The notes: generated by a model not told the origin, from the letters alone. Positions 39,141-51,645 are shown, counted from the first letter of the whole stretch. The stretch is 63,722 bases of DNA, filler included, from Lenisia limosa (GCA_001655205.1; 11 parts of 11 records of this genome joined end to end with filler, not necessarily neighbours in it); one strand, 5' to 3'. Program-made: numbers and translations.

Positions 39141-41789
39141 AAACTCAATCGACCGTGCATGTGAGGGGGGGGGGGGCTGCACCATAACATTAAAAAGTAG
39201 TACCTCAAACGGTTTTCTGAGTTGGAGGATTTGCTGAATGTTTAAAGTGTTAAATGGCACTTTTTTGGTGCTGTTTCTTTCTTTTCTAAGTGGGATTTTT
39301 TCCATGTCTCCGTTACTATGTATATATGTTACAATTTGTTTCCTTAGACTATGCTCCCACTAGTTTTATGAAGTTAATCTATTATGATATATGGTCACCA
39401 GTTTTCTTTATTCTATTAGCTAATTATGGCTGGCCAAATATTCGTTTTTTTTTTCTTCTCATTTTCCTACATTTTTCCCTTTCTTGATATCTCGGGCGGG
39501 CCTGAAGAGTGAGAACCGAAAGTGAAGCTCTAATATTAACCCCCACTCACACCCGAATATTTGCCTTTTGGGAGGCTACTCCGTCCTTGACAGCTTGCTT
39601 TAGAACTTCCACAAGCAGAGGGCTGGGGGCACATGGATAATTGTTCTAAGAGAATCAAAAGGAGCGTTACAGGGGAAAAGGGTTCGTATTCTACATCAGT
39701 ATATGTATATCAGAAAAGCAGGAGTACAGAAAATGTGTAAGTACCACAGCTTTGAAGTTGAAGGCCTCGAGACCCCCCCCCCCCCCNNNNNNNNNNNNNN
39801 NNNNNNNNNNNNNNNNNNNNNNNNNNNNNNNNNNNNNNNNNNNNNNNNNNNNNNNNNNNNNNNNNNNNNNNNNNNNNNNNNNNNNNNNNGTTGAAGTGGC
39901 GTTTACAGACAGAGAAGAAGAAATTATGTCAGTTGGAGTTTTGAGAAACACTACAGGATGAAACAAAAACTAAACAAATCGACCACACACCTGCTGCTTT
40001 CAATTTGGTTGAAACCAGCTTGGATCTTTCTTTAACTGAGAAATGTACACATTCCAGGACTACAGAGTTAAATATTTGGCAAGCACGAACCATAACGTTG
40101 CAAGTATGTTAAGAATGATTCAATAATTGAACAACGCAAGATTGAAGATTGAAATTTATCTAGAAGAATCAGTAATCACAGTTCGTATTGTCATTTATCC
40201 ACAATACAATACCCTGGCTGCATTTAACATGACGAAAGTGAGTTGAATATACATTCCGAAGAAAGAGTACAATAGACTTGCAACCCCGAGTTTCTTGGGT
40301 GATTTCTCTCATGATCTCGCTAAACCATTACCCCTATGTGACTTGTTATCATAGGGTGAAATAGACAAATAAAATGATTTGCGCGTTCCGTTAAACATAA
40401 ACAAATACATCAAACAGAACCAAAATTGTCAGTCTGATTCGTCGGACTCGCGAGGGGAAGAGGACTCAGCGAACTCTACTTGGTTGGCATCAACAACGTA
40501 TCTCTCAAAACTCCCTCACGAATCTTCATTGCGTCTTTTCGATGGAGGTGATAAGCTGAAGTTGTTCAAAATTAAAAAGAAAAAACCACCATTACCCTTC
40601 AACTTCATTCGAGTACAGTCAAGGGGCAGATAGCGGTATCTTGTTGACATTGAAGTGATGAAAAACCACTTCTGGTCCTTCAGTGGTGCAATTCGGAAAT
40701 AAAAGGTTCTCAAAATTTTCATCATTGATGTACAGTTTCTTAAACATCTGTCAGGAGTATCACAGAATATCCTGACCATTTTTGATCCCTATTATTCCAC
40801 GTTAAAATAAAGTGTGTCAATGAAGTTTTGATAAACAGTATTATTATTCCATGGATGGTGACAAACTTTTTCAGTGCAGGGGTCTCACCTCTTTGCCTTG
40901 CTAAATAAGAGTTACCCATTTCAACACATGCAGCAAGCCCTACTAATTCGACCGGCATTCTGAAGCAGCTTTTCAATTCCAACGAAGGCCTTCGGAACAA
41001 TATTACAGGTTGACTCATTGAATCCCTAAATTGTAACAGGTTTTAAATACTAACTTCAAACTGGAATGTACTTGTCCGTGAAACAATTATCAAAAATTCA
41101 TCAAGAGATTGACTCCTGCGTACCGTTCACAAAATTACTTGAGAAGGTTACACTGAATTGTCACCTTCAGAGGGCGTGATGGTTGGCTGTGTTGTTCGGG
41201 TTTATGCATTGCACAAACGGGGCTGAATAATTAGATAATACCAAAAAAAGAGATCTAACCTAACAAGGTGATCCAACAGTTTAAGTTGAAGCTTTGAATA
41301 TACTTTTCGCCAATTATTATGCATTCCAATTAAATGCATACGTTGCTTTTGATTTTATTATCTTACCCTTTGGTACATTCACACTTTCCCCACTGTTTTG
41401 AAACATGTTGGCAAATGATCGGGTGAAATTGCTATACTATAATCATTATACTATAATCCACTATCTCTTATAAGCGTGATGGTGTGAACGGTTTTGGCCA
41501 GATACAACCTTGTTTTATTGCTCATCTCTACATCTCATAATCTGATCTCTCATGATATTCATACAGATCGGAAGCCTTTTCAGCGAACGCAGCAGTACAC
41601 TACAGACCCNNNNNNNNNNNNNNNNNNNNNNNNNNNNNNNNNNNNNNNNNNNNTTAATTAATTAANNNNNNNNNNNNNNNNNNNNNNNNNNNNNNNNNNN
41701 NNNNNNNNNATAATTTTGGTTGGAATCATGACTAACTTTTGATACCATAAAATAATGTTACTATATCACCAATTAATAAACCCAGGAAA

Positions 41790-44700
41790 GTGGCTCACGG
41801 TTTCTTTGGCATTTCTGCACGCGTTGGAGACCCAGCCTGGAAACATTAGTTGATATTAAAAAAAGGTGCTCAAGATAGGCATGGCCAGCTTCAACCATAA
41901 AAAGCCCAATCGGTTATTTCTTCGGGTGTGGTACCGGGGAATGGTAATAAAGCCATCATAAAAATATATGTAGAGCAATATGATATATTTGCCAACCCAC
42001 AGACCATGAAGTATTGCTCCTGAATTTCCTTCTTAGGTGTGTAGAGAAGATCAACCACTTCAGATGGGGATTCTTCCTACAAGGTAAAAATGGCTTCAAG
42101 GTTTCGGTCAAAATTAGACTACAATGCTAAAACACTCATATTATGCATTTCTCTAACTTGATAAATTGCTGAGAACATCAATTAATTGCCTTCTGAATCA
42201 CTGGGCCCACCATCTTGACCATTCTTTTAATGTTCTGCAGTTCAACCCGCACAATATAGTCGTCGTTATAGAGCCTTTCAGGCAGGTGGACGGCTTCCTC
42301 AAAATCGTTGCAGCATCGTTGCAGTGAATACGTGGCCTGGAAGACGTCAATGGGTGGATCACCGGCTTTGTTAACATTACAAAATGATGATGTTTTAAGG
42401 ACCAGGATGAACCTGTCTCCACCATTAGACTGCTTCATCTTATTTTACAACTCCATACATTCAACTATTCCTTCAATTCTTGTACTCCCCCNNNNNNNNN
42501 NNNNNNNNNNNNNNNNNNNNNNNNNNNNNNNNNNNNNNNNNNNNNNNNNNNNNNNNNNNNNNNNNNNNNNNNNNNNNNNNNNNNNNNNNNNNNNNNNNNA
42601 AATGGTGCTAGATAGTTAGTAATATGTGATGACGGAAGGGTTGTGGTGACTTTTTCGAACCATTTACTAATTACCGCGAACTTTGATTAGAGTGGGAAGA
42701 CTGGGTGCCAAGTCCTTGAATTCTACAACCTTGCCAAAGAGCCTGAGTGATCATGGGCATATCACTGAAACGAAAAAGAATAAATGACTAAATTGGCGAA
42801 GATACCTTCTAGTTTAAAGAGATTATGACAACTTCCATGCCTCATCGAAGCCTTCATAAAGCAGAAAATGATATCAGTATAAGATTGCAGCAACATCCCC
42901 AAGTAGTCAGATTTTGTGAAATGCCCCAAGAAAGCATGCAAATACAACATGACCTTAGGCATACTCGGGCGACACTTCATCGTTCACGTCGAGGAACGAG
43001 AGGCTCAGTCGAAAGTCCTTGCTGAACTTCGCTGGAGAGATATCAGTAAGTTTGTGTGAGTTTGGGTGGGTAAAAAGAATTTATGAAACAAAGAAAAAAA
43101 AAACCCCAAAATCAACACGACTGACTAAAATTTGATAACACAAAGCTATTTGAAATACATCATCCTCTAACCCCGGTCTCCAGGAGACACAAAGTCCAGA
43201 AGTTCGCGAGACACACTGCGCTCAGCTCCCATGACAAAGGACTACAGATTTGTTAAGAACGCTGAGGGGTGGGGGTGGGGGGCGACATAACAGTAAAGAA
43301 GCCAACAGTATGGAAAGGGAAGCGGAAAATGGCTTCTTCGTAACCTGGTCGGGTGCGGTTCCTAAGGAGGTTACGGTGACATTCAGAGAATTGATACAAA
43401 AACAAAACTGCTCTATCAATCAAGTGTTTAAATAATTAAGCCAGAATCTGATACGTGTCTGATGGGGTATCCTCTATTTTAGTTCCTCTACCCCCTAACT
43501 TGAAGACGAGTTCCACATCGCCCATCACTCCGATCCGGGTGATTGCGGCCATTTCCGTTTTACTTCCTGGGAAACCGTAAATTAAATGCTTAATAAGAGG
43601 AAACAGAATTCAGCATATCATATAGAATATCATATGCAAAAGAAAAAAAAAAATCAATTATTGAAAAATCATTCTATGATACCAATCCCACTCACTTACA
43701 ACGCCAGAAGACTCATTTTTGGAGTCAGCGGAAGCTTCGACAACCTAAACAACAATTAGCAGAGATTTAACAATATTCTTTATGAATATTTTTTAAGAAT
43801 AGTTACCAAAGTATATTTTAGATAACGTGAGGTTTAACTTGAACCCCACCCAGTCCTGACCTTTGTTGAATACTTCAGTTTCCCTCCGGAGTAGACTTCG
43901 ACAATGGGATAGCAAGAGCCTGGAAGGTGAACGGAGACTACAGATTTAATAACGCTCTTGTACTTGTCCCCAATATAAAGGTACTTTTCAGTCCACTGAC
44001 AAACCTGAGATCCAAAATTTTATTTCCTTTGAAACACTATCACCAACCAGCCACACTCACCCATTCCATCTATCACCAACCAGCCACACCACACTCACCC
44101 ATTCCATCAAGATTCGGAAGGGGCAAAATCTGGACCAGCATCATGTTCAGTGCTGTTAGTCGCACGTTCTTCGTACCCGTCAACAGGTCAAAGTAGTACT
44201 ACAATATTAACAAAATACGAAGCAGCACGAATGGCTGAAATACAAGTAACAGGGGAAGTACCCTCACAAATGAAGCCAGGCATACCACAAGGAATCTGAG
44301 AGACGAAGGCGGCATTCGCGGCACCAAAACATAGTCATGGATTCCGATAGCTGGTTCTCGATAGTTTGGGAACATGCATCGCATTATATGAAGCAACGCA
44401 TCGTTACTAGAGAAGAAATGAGAAACTATTCCTTATTTATCAAATGATAAATCCACCTTAAAAAATAAATATATTAATCATGAAAAATCCCTTCTTGCTC
44501 TCAAATCATCTCACATTTTGGTGAAGTGCTTTGGGAATTGGCTAAGAAGATAGGCTGCAGCCACCATTACTGAGTGTTCGGCGCCTGTGATGCAGTGCAG
44601 GACAGCCACTGGAGGGTATTAAACATGAATGGAGCAGAGATAGACGGAAACACGTCAGAATTAGGATTCTGTGCATTTGTTTTTGAGAAAGTGATTCCAA

Positions 44701-44929
44701 AATTGACGTGGGATAGCACCAGAATACTATTGCTGATAAAAAATGTACTAAGTTTTCAAGACAAATTATTCGACACTATTGCGATTTATAAAAGCTAAAT
44801 CAAATGAGTTGTTTCAGAATCCCATACCGTTTTTTGGATGAGCAATTGTGAACTCGCGTATTGCCGCAACCGCATCAATAAGAAGAGTTAAACTTGGTGA
44901 ACCGTGTTTGAAGTTAAAGGCAGCAACCT
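41790..44929 (-). CDS. PTEN/tensin-like pseudophosphatase + PTEN-type C2 domain + possible UBA-like segment (partial)
   Basis: Exons FNFKHGSPSLTLLIDAVAAIREFTIAHPKN / VAVLHCITGAEHSVMVAAAYLL / MPPSSLRFL / NVRLTALNMMLVQILPLPNLDG / CYPIVEVYSGGKLKYST / IGVMGDVELVF / AIFRFPFHTVGF / SPAKFSKDFRLSLSF reproduce PTEN phosphatase plus C2 motifs in order. Confidence 0.75.
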
Positions 44930-45083
44930 NNNNNNNNNNNNNNNNNNNNNNNNNNNNNNNNNNNNNNNNNNNNTTAATTAATTAANNNNNNNNNNNNNNN
45001 NNNNNNNNNNNNNNNNNNNNNNNNNNNNNTTCGTGTTTTGACGCCAATAGTCATCGAAATTTACTTCGTTTTACACCACCCAG

Positions 45084-45164
45084 ATTGTTATGCTCTTCCT
45101 CGGCCTTCACAACGTCCGAAAGACTTCCCTCTTCCCCCGCGACCCCTCTCGCATCTCCCCCTAG
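45084..45164 (+). CDS. DARS1: Last exon of cytosolic aspartyl-tRNA synthetase
   Basis: After acceptor CAG: [26 protein letters not shown], the conserved AspRS C-terminus (motif 3 region). Confidence 0.85.
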   Translation: MVMLFLGLHNVRKTSLFPRDPSRISP

Positions 45165-45228
45165 GCTTTTGGATGCCAAATACAGTGTTTATTGCATAGT
45201 TTCACTCAGTGGAAAGGGGATAATGATA

Positions 45229-45308
45229 GGGCTTCACTTCGGTTCGAAAAAAGACATAAATTCTGGATAAATCCTCGAAAACTATCGATGTTAACTTAAA
45301 TGAAGCCC
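45229..45308. mobile_element. GGGCTTCACTTCGG-TIR MITE (subfamily A), ~65 nt downstream of the AspRS stop
   Basis: GGGCTTCACTTCGGTTCG...AAATGAAGCCC with the family core. Confidence 0.8.
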
Positions 45309-46515
45309 TTAGGTAATGATGGTGGTGTGGACTACTTCGACCAGATTCTCCTGAACTCATTTCTACTCTGAACCTTGAGGTTCACAGCTGAGCCTCCTCG
45401 GCTTCGCCACCAGTCAGAGATTCGGTGCGGTGCTGAAGTGACTGACGGACTTGTTTTCAAACAACTGACTCACGGTCCTGTACTTTCTAATGTTCCTTCT
45501 CAGGCGCATAAGCATAATCAGACAACTACCCTCATAGCAGAGAATATATTCCTTCTCGCTGCTATCCTGATTGTTTTGGCTAATGTTTCACAAATCGTCG
45601 CTCGAGGTGAGAACAACACGTTTATAAATGAATTCAGGTCTGCTCACTGTTTTTGCTTTTTTCAAAATAATCGTCCAGATTTTCATGTTAAATTTACCAG
45701 TTTGTGAAAGCCCCAAAATTTATCACAGCTCAAACTGGATACAAGAGAAATCACACCCCAAACTGCAAAATAGACCATCANNNNNNNNNNNNNNNNNNNN
45801 NNNNNNNNNNNNNNNNNNNNNNNNNNNNNNNNNNNNNNNNNNNNNNNNNNNNNNNNNNNNNNNNNNNNNNNNNNNNNNNNNNNNNNNNNNNNNNNNNNNN
45901 NNNNNNNNNNNNNNNNNNNNNNNNNNNNNNNNNNNNNNNNNNNNNNNNNNNNNNNNNNNNNNNNNNNNNNNNNNNNNNNATTCATCGTTTCAGCCACCAC
46001 GAGAACCGGTCTTGTTTTGACAAGGGGAAGGAACTTGTCACCTGGAGTGTTATTAATTGCGTCATGAAGTTTCCGAGTGAATTTTCTGGGTAAGTACTCC
46101 CACCTAAATAACCACCTCCACTTGCACCCCCCCCCTTTTTTTNNNNNNNNNNNNNNNNNNNNNNNNNNNNNNNNNNNNNNNNNNNNNNNNNNNNNNNNNN
46201 NNNNNNNNNNNNNNNNNNNNNNNNNNNNNNNNNNNNNNNNNNNNNNNNNNNNNNNNNNNNNNNNNNNNNNNNNNNNNNNNNNNNNNNNNNNNNNNNNNNN
46301 NNNNNNNNNNNNNNNNNNNNNNNNNNNNNNNNNNNNNNNNNNNNNNNNNNNNNNNNNNNNNNNNNNNNNNNNNNNNNNNNNNNNNNNNNNNNNNNNNNNN
46401 NNNNNNNNNNNNNNNNNNNNNNNNNNNNNNNNNNNNNNATTCAGTCTTTTTTCGAACCGAAGTGAAGCCCTTGTCAAAAAGGGGGATTAGAGATATAGTA
46501 CCCTAAATTGACTCA

Positions 46516-46728
46516 CAGTTGTGCTCTGGGGGAAAAGCAGAAAATCAACTCTGTCGGCTAGATATACGCGAGGGCTGAGCAATCATCCTACACACCATAT
46601 CCAAACAAGCACAAACACACACACCATATTGTATGTGTTTGTGCTTGTATGGTGTGTAGGATGATTGCTCAGCCCTGTATATCTAGCCGACAGAGTTGAT
46701 TTTCTGCTTTTTCCCCAAAGCACAACTG
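46516..46728. mobile_element. ~213-bp fold-back palindrome (arms ~95-100 bp), related to dispersed repeat family F
   Basis: 46516-46618 is the near-perfect reverse complement of 46635-46728. The arm resembles the family-F copies at 46976-47031 (minus), 54893-54951 and 61211-61263. Confidence 0.85.
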
Positions 46729-47899
46729 CGATGAAAAACCCCGAGGAGGTATGATGATTTCTTTATGGTACCCCTAGTTTCCCAAATTTTTAATGAAAAT
46801 GATTTCTCTTGCTTTAAACTCCCCCACCTTTCCAGCACAGTATATCTCAATAAGGACGGGGGAGGTGGCATTGACATGAATATGTGAAATCTCAAAGTTT
46901 GACACGAGCTTGCCGTCTGGGTGTGTTAAAATATTGTAATTAAAAGCGTAAAATTGGACAATTTATGAAATAAAAAACCCAAATCAACTTCTGTTGGCTG
47001 ACAACACACGAGGGTTGATAACAACAAAACANNNNNNNNNNNNNNNNNNNNNNNNNNNNNNNNNNNNNNNNNNNNNNNNNNNNNNNNNNNNNNNNNNNNN
47101 NNNNNNNNNNNNNNNNNNNNNNNNNNNNNNNNNNNNNNNNNNNNNNNNNNNNNNNNNNNNNNNNNNNNNNNTAGTATCATATTATCTGATATAATTTTTA
47201 TCATCATATATGCATATACTATGCACACTATATAATAGGGATTCACAACGGTCTCAAAAAAGACTGAATTTCTCGATAAATCCACGATAAATATCGATAT
47301 TTTTCCTGTCTTTTTCGGACCATAGGGAAGCCCCTAATTATACAGCATATACCCCCCCCCCCNNNNNNNNNNNNNNNNNNNNNNNNNNNNNNNNNNNNNN
47401 NNNNNNTTAATTAATTAANNNNNNNNNNNNNNNNNNNNNNNNNNNNNNNNNNNNNNNNNNNNATTTAGTGAGCCACTTATTTGAGATAGTTTCCTTATCT
47501 ACTAGTTCATATTATCAACAAATGATGCCTTTGATTTCCCCTCGTTATGTGACATTTCAGTCGAAACTTGAGCCATCGCACTCAAGTACACTCCTTGCAT
47601 CCCTCCACCCATCAACTACATTTGACCATGAACCTCCCCAACCTCCACCAACTGTCGAACTGCCACCATCCAAGCACCCTAAGAAGCAGTTACCTTCAGC
47701 AGCGCCACTACCTTTACATAATGGACCAATTATACTGAAAGCTCGGAATTTTACACCTGTCACAAGTACCAATCATCCTCTCACCGAAGTTTTCAAGGTC
47801 ACGTCTCTCAAACGGCCTGTTGCTTATGAACCGAAGAAATGCCTGATCACTGCTTCCTTTAGTAAATTGTCCAAAAGCTCTCTCATTGATCTCTTTTCG

Positions 47900-48600
47900 G
47901 TGCAACAAGGTACTGATGCTTGGTTTTGGGGAAAATTGGGACGAATTGGTGCGTCTTGGCTTTCTTATCTCTTCCGTATCACCCACTACACAAAAGTGGC
48001 TGAGCATCGACTCATTCAAAAGAGTATCAGCGCGTACTTAATCTAACATCGTCATATTAAGCCAATTAGTGGGCTTGGACAGTGTCATGTTGTTAATAGT
48101 GTCAAAGCTGACTACAATAAATTTATGAAAGAACGAACTGAGATACGTGGTGAAAACAAAAGCGGGAACGAGAATACGAAAACTCCCATTGAGAAGACTA
48201 AAACTCCAATGCAACATGGCATTCAAAACGAAGCAAACGCTGTATATACTTGTGTTGAAAAATTATCAAGACGGCATTCTCCCCCTCAGTAAAGGTAGGA
48301 CTGGTGTTATTATGTTTGTTGTGTTATTATTACTAAGTAATTCCTCCGCTCATTGATTTTTTTTTCTTTTGGGAATCATACCGCGAATTAACCTAAATAG
48401 GTCTTCAGATGTGGTCTTGTGACGGCAGCTCTGGCCAGTTGTAAGACGAGGTTATGTGCGTGTCCCCTGACGCGTTTATCTTGGATGCACTTCAGCTTTC
48501 ATGGCAGATGCATGTTGCCAGTAGAAGTCAACATTTGTCTTTAATCTTTGGTGACTTCACAGTCAAAGGAACGGTCTTTGTTGACTATAAGCTGTCCGGC
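47900..48600 (+). pseudogene. YqaJ / lambda-exonuclease-like PD-(D/E)XK nuclease remnant, probably transposon- or virus-derived
   Basis: Motifs in order: VQQGTDAWFWGKLGRIGAS, PMQHGIQNEANA, VFRCGLV, CVSPDAFI, QLSWQMHV. They are interrupted by an in-frame TAA (48044) and frameshifts. Confidence 0.55.
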
Positions 48601-49190
48601 TGNNNNNNNNNNGTGTCCTACTGTATAGATATAAAAGTGGTTTATCATAATATGATGTCAACGATAATGCACACATGTTTATGGAGACAGTGTAGGTACA
48701 TATCCATATGGCGTCAAGTAAAAAGACTTGGTGTCGCGAGTTGGCCAGACTATTTCCTTGGCAGAAACTAAATCAGTGATATTTGTTTCAATTTGTTAGG
48801 ATTTTGTTGTTTGTTTTATTTACACATGTAAAAAGGAAAAAGTGAAGAAGAGGGGGAAGTAAAAATAGTAATGTTATTTGCATAATTACTGGTGAAAAAT
48901 ATAATAAATTAATCTTCTTTAACGTTTTGAAAAGAAACAGTCGATAAATTCGAGAGGGACAAATTGGCTAGAACTAGATGCGAACCCAGTCCTGTGCTGG
49001 TATGCTTACCCAAGTCTTCTTTATACTACCCATGCCTACCCCATGCCTGCTTTAAAGAAGCTTTAATATAAAAAGGCACAGCGAGAGAAAAAAGGAGGGC
49101 CAAAGTTTGAAGACCTGTTACTCCCAGGTTAGACTATCTACTTACCCTTGGTGTAATTCTAAATTTTGGATTTTTGTTTGTAAAATATGA

Positions 49191-49952
49191 ATGATTGTCC
49201 CCTTTTTAATTTCAATAATTGCAAATTGTTGCACAGGCGTCAGTTATGTTTTTCAAAAAATTGGATTAAAACACGAGCCATTTTATTTTTCACCACTATG
49301 GTTAATAGGAAGTGCATGTCTTGCTATCGGTGAGATTTTAAATTCGTTTTCTTATACAATTCTTCCGGCAACGTGTTTTTTTTTATCAATGATTTGCCTA
49401 ATTGTACCTTTGGGTTCAATTTCTGTCACAGTTAACTATATATTGAGCTGTTATCTTTTGGGTGAATCTTTGACAGCGTTACAACTAATTGGAGGTAATT
49501 TCTACACCTTAATTTGTTTTTTGTTCCATTTTTGGGTCAGTTTTGGCCACTATTCTTGTTGCGCAGATTTCGTCTGAAATTCCATGTTTGTACTCAGAAG
49601 TGTTTTGTTTCTTTATCAATTGGTTCCCCTTGTATGTTTAGTCATGATTGCAGTGGGGTTTTTCTTAATGATGGAGTTATTTCAAGTTCAGTCTCTTTTT
49701 GTACTCCTTTTAACTTGTTCCTTATGTGGAGCTGTGAGCGTTGTTTGTGTAAAAACGATTGGTCAGTTGACTTTTGAACTATGCTCACAGTCTTGGTTAA
49801 CCATTTCAATTGTTTTTTTTTACGTTTCTGATGGAGCTTGCCTTGATGCTATTTTTTCAAATTCACCTGCTAAATGAATCTCTACGAATCTACCCATCAT
49901 CGGAAGTTGTTCCTGTGTATTTCGTTCTTTTTGCAGCATTTTCCATAATTGG
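49191..49952 (+). CDS. NIPA-family magnesium transporter (AT-rich; 3' end unclear)
   Basis: VSYVFQKIG..FYFSPLWLIG..LAIGEILNSFSY..LPAT/LIVPLGSISV..NYILSCYLLGE, LLTCSLCGAVSVVCVKTIG, FQIHLLNESLRIYPSSEVVPVYFVLF are NIPA hallmarks spread across three frames. Confidence 0.8.
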
Positions 49953-51351
49953 GTAAGTGAGTACTACTTTCAACGTAGTAAAAGTAATTAAAATGAGCCT
50001 TCGGATAATTACGCAGGGTTGCTTTTCGTATAAAACAGCCCTGACATGGAAATTCTAAAAATGGGTGTGGAATGTGACTAACCGAGGCTATGGAGGCTAC
50101 TGCTACAATTTATCGATAATGAATAGGTGTTGATTTTGCGTTGTCACTTACAGTGTGAATTATTCAAATTCCTCAAATAACGCCCCCAAAAAGGTGAAAA
50201 AAAGCGAAGCCCAAAAACGTCTAAATTTGGAACAACCTCGGAAGTGGAAATGGGCATTTTTTCGTTTTTCTACCCGACGCTATTTCATAAACAATTACCC
50301 TGTGGAATTATCCTGAAGGGTCTTTTTAATTACTTACCACACTTTTATTACTATTTTCCAAAATTAAAAAAAAAGGACTGAACTACCTTAAAAGAGTGTT
50401 TAATTAAGAGGTTTTTGATGTGTTCAAAAATAGTGGGTTCTTGGGATGTCAAAATACACATGTCTCGATTTGACATCAATAGTTGTACACTCTTTTTAAG
50501 CTTTTCATTCAATTTAATTTAACATTTAGTGTCTTCTTAAGTGTGAAATTTATGCTGTCTTCGTGTTATCGTCCTGATAGGGGGGGGGGGTAGATTTCAG
50601 ATTGTTGTTCAAAAATATAGCAAAAAATATGTGTGGTATACTACACTTTTATTGTTTTTTTCCAGAATCCAAAAAAGGACTGAACCACCTTTACTCAATA
50701 CTGACAATACGACACAGCGTAAATTTCAGCCGTTTATTGAAGACCTAAATGCTTAATTGAATTGAATGCAATGTTAAATAACAAATATCTTAAATTGTGA
50801 TATTATGGTTATCCAAGAATTACACTTCTTTTCAAACCAATGACACAATGAGTTTTAGGGATGCTTTACTTCAAGAGTAGCAACAATAATAAACAGGGTA
50901 ATCATTATAAAGTTAGAAGTCCCTATGATAGGTCAAAAATCAACACCGACGGTTTTGGCGCCTCAGATATATACACAATATAGCATCAAATGCTGAGATG
51001 ATTTTTTTATTTATATTTTCTGATAATCAGCCTGCAAGCCCCCATTACGCTTAACCGTACACGTATTCTCTTCTGTTCACAATATGATAATGTACTAATA
51101 ATCAATTTAGGTCAGGTTTTGCTTTTCAAGAATTTATCCACTTTTCTATTTTTGAAATTCTCGTTTTTTTTGTGGCATTGTTATTTTCATTTACTGGGGT
51201 CTGTTTAATTTGTTGGTAGATCTTGAATCGCTAATATTTAAGTAAAATTATTTTTAATGTATTTTTTTGTGGACTTAGGAATTTCTGCTCTAATATCCTC
51301 AATCTCAGCAGAACCCCAAAATCACCTGAGGTCTTTAGCAGGTCTTTAGCA

Positions 51352-51645
51352 AAGCAGAAGAAGAAATGCTATACCAATACATAAGGTGGCCAAAAAAAAT
51401 AATTGAAAACTCCCATGCGATTTGTAAGGAGAATAAAAATTTCTCAGCTTAATACTCCTGTTCTTATTTTTGTAACAGTGCATACAATACATGACCTCAA
51501 AAAATCGTGACAAAGTGCGTGGTACACGCCATCAAAAATTTGAACAGGAGTATTAAGCTGAGTTCTCCTTACAAATCGCATGGGAGTTTTCAATTGGATT
51601 TTTTGACCACCTTATGTATTGGTATAGCATTTCTTCTTCTGCCTT
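51352..51645. mobile_element. ~295-bp element bounded by ~45-bp inverted repeats
   Basis: GCAGAAGAAGAAATGCTATACCAATACATAAGGTGGCCAAAAA vs TTTTTGACCACCTTATGTATTGGTATAGCATTTCTTCTTCTGC (1 mismatch). Confidence 0.75.

Noticed and set aside
49790-49821. Fourth NIPA mini-intron as a firm call
   Set aside because: A 1-nt error in the T9 run explains the frameshift equally well and gives spacing closer to known NIPA proteins.
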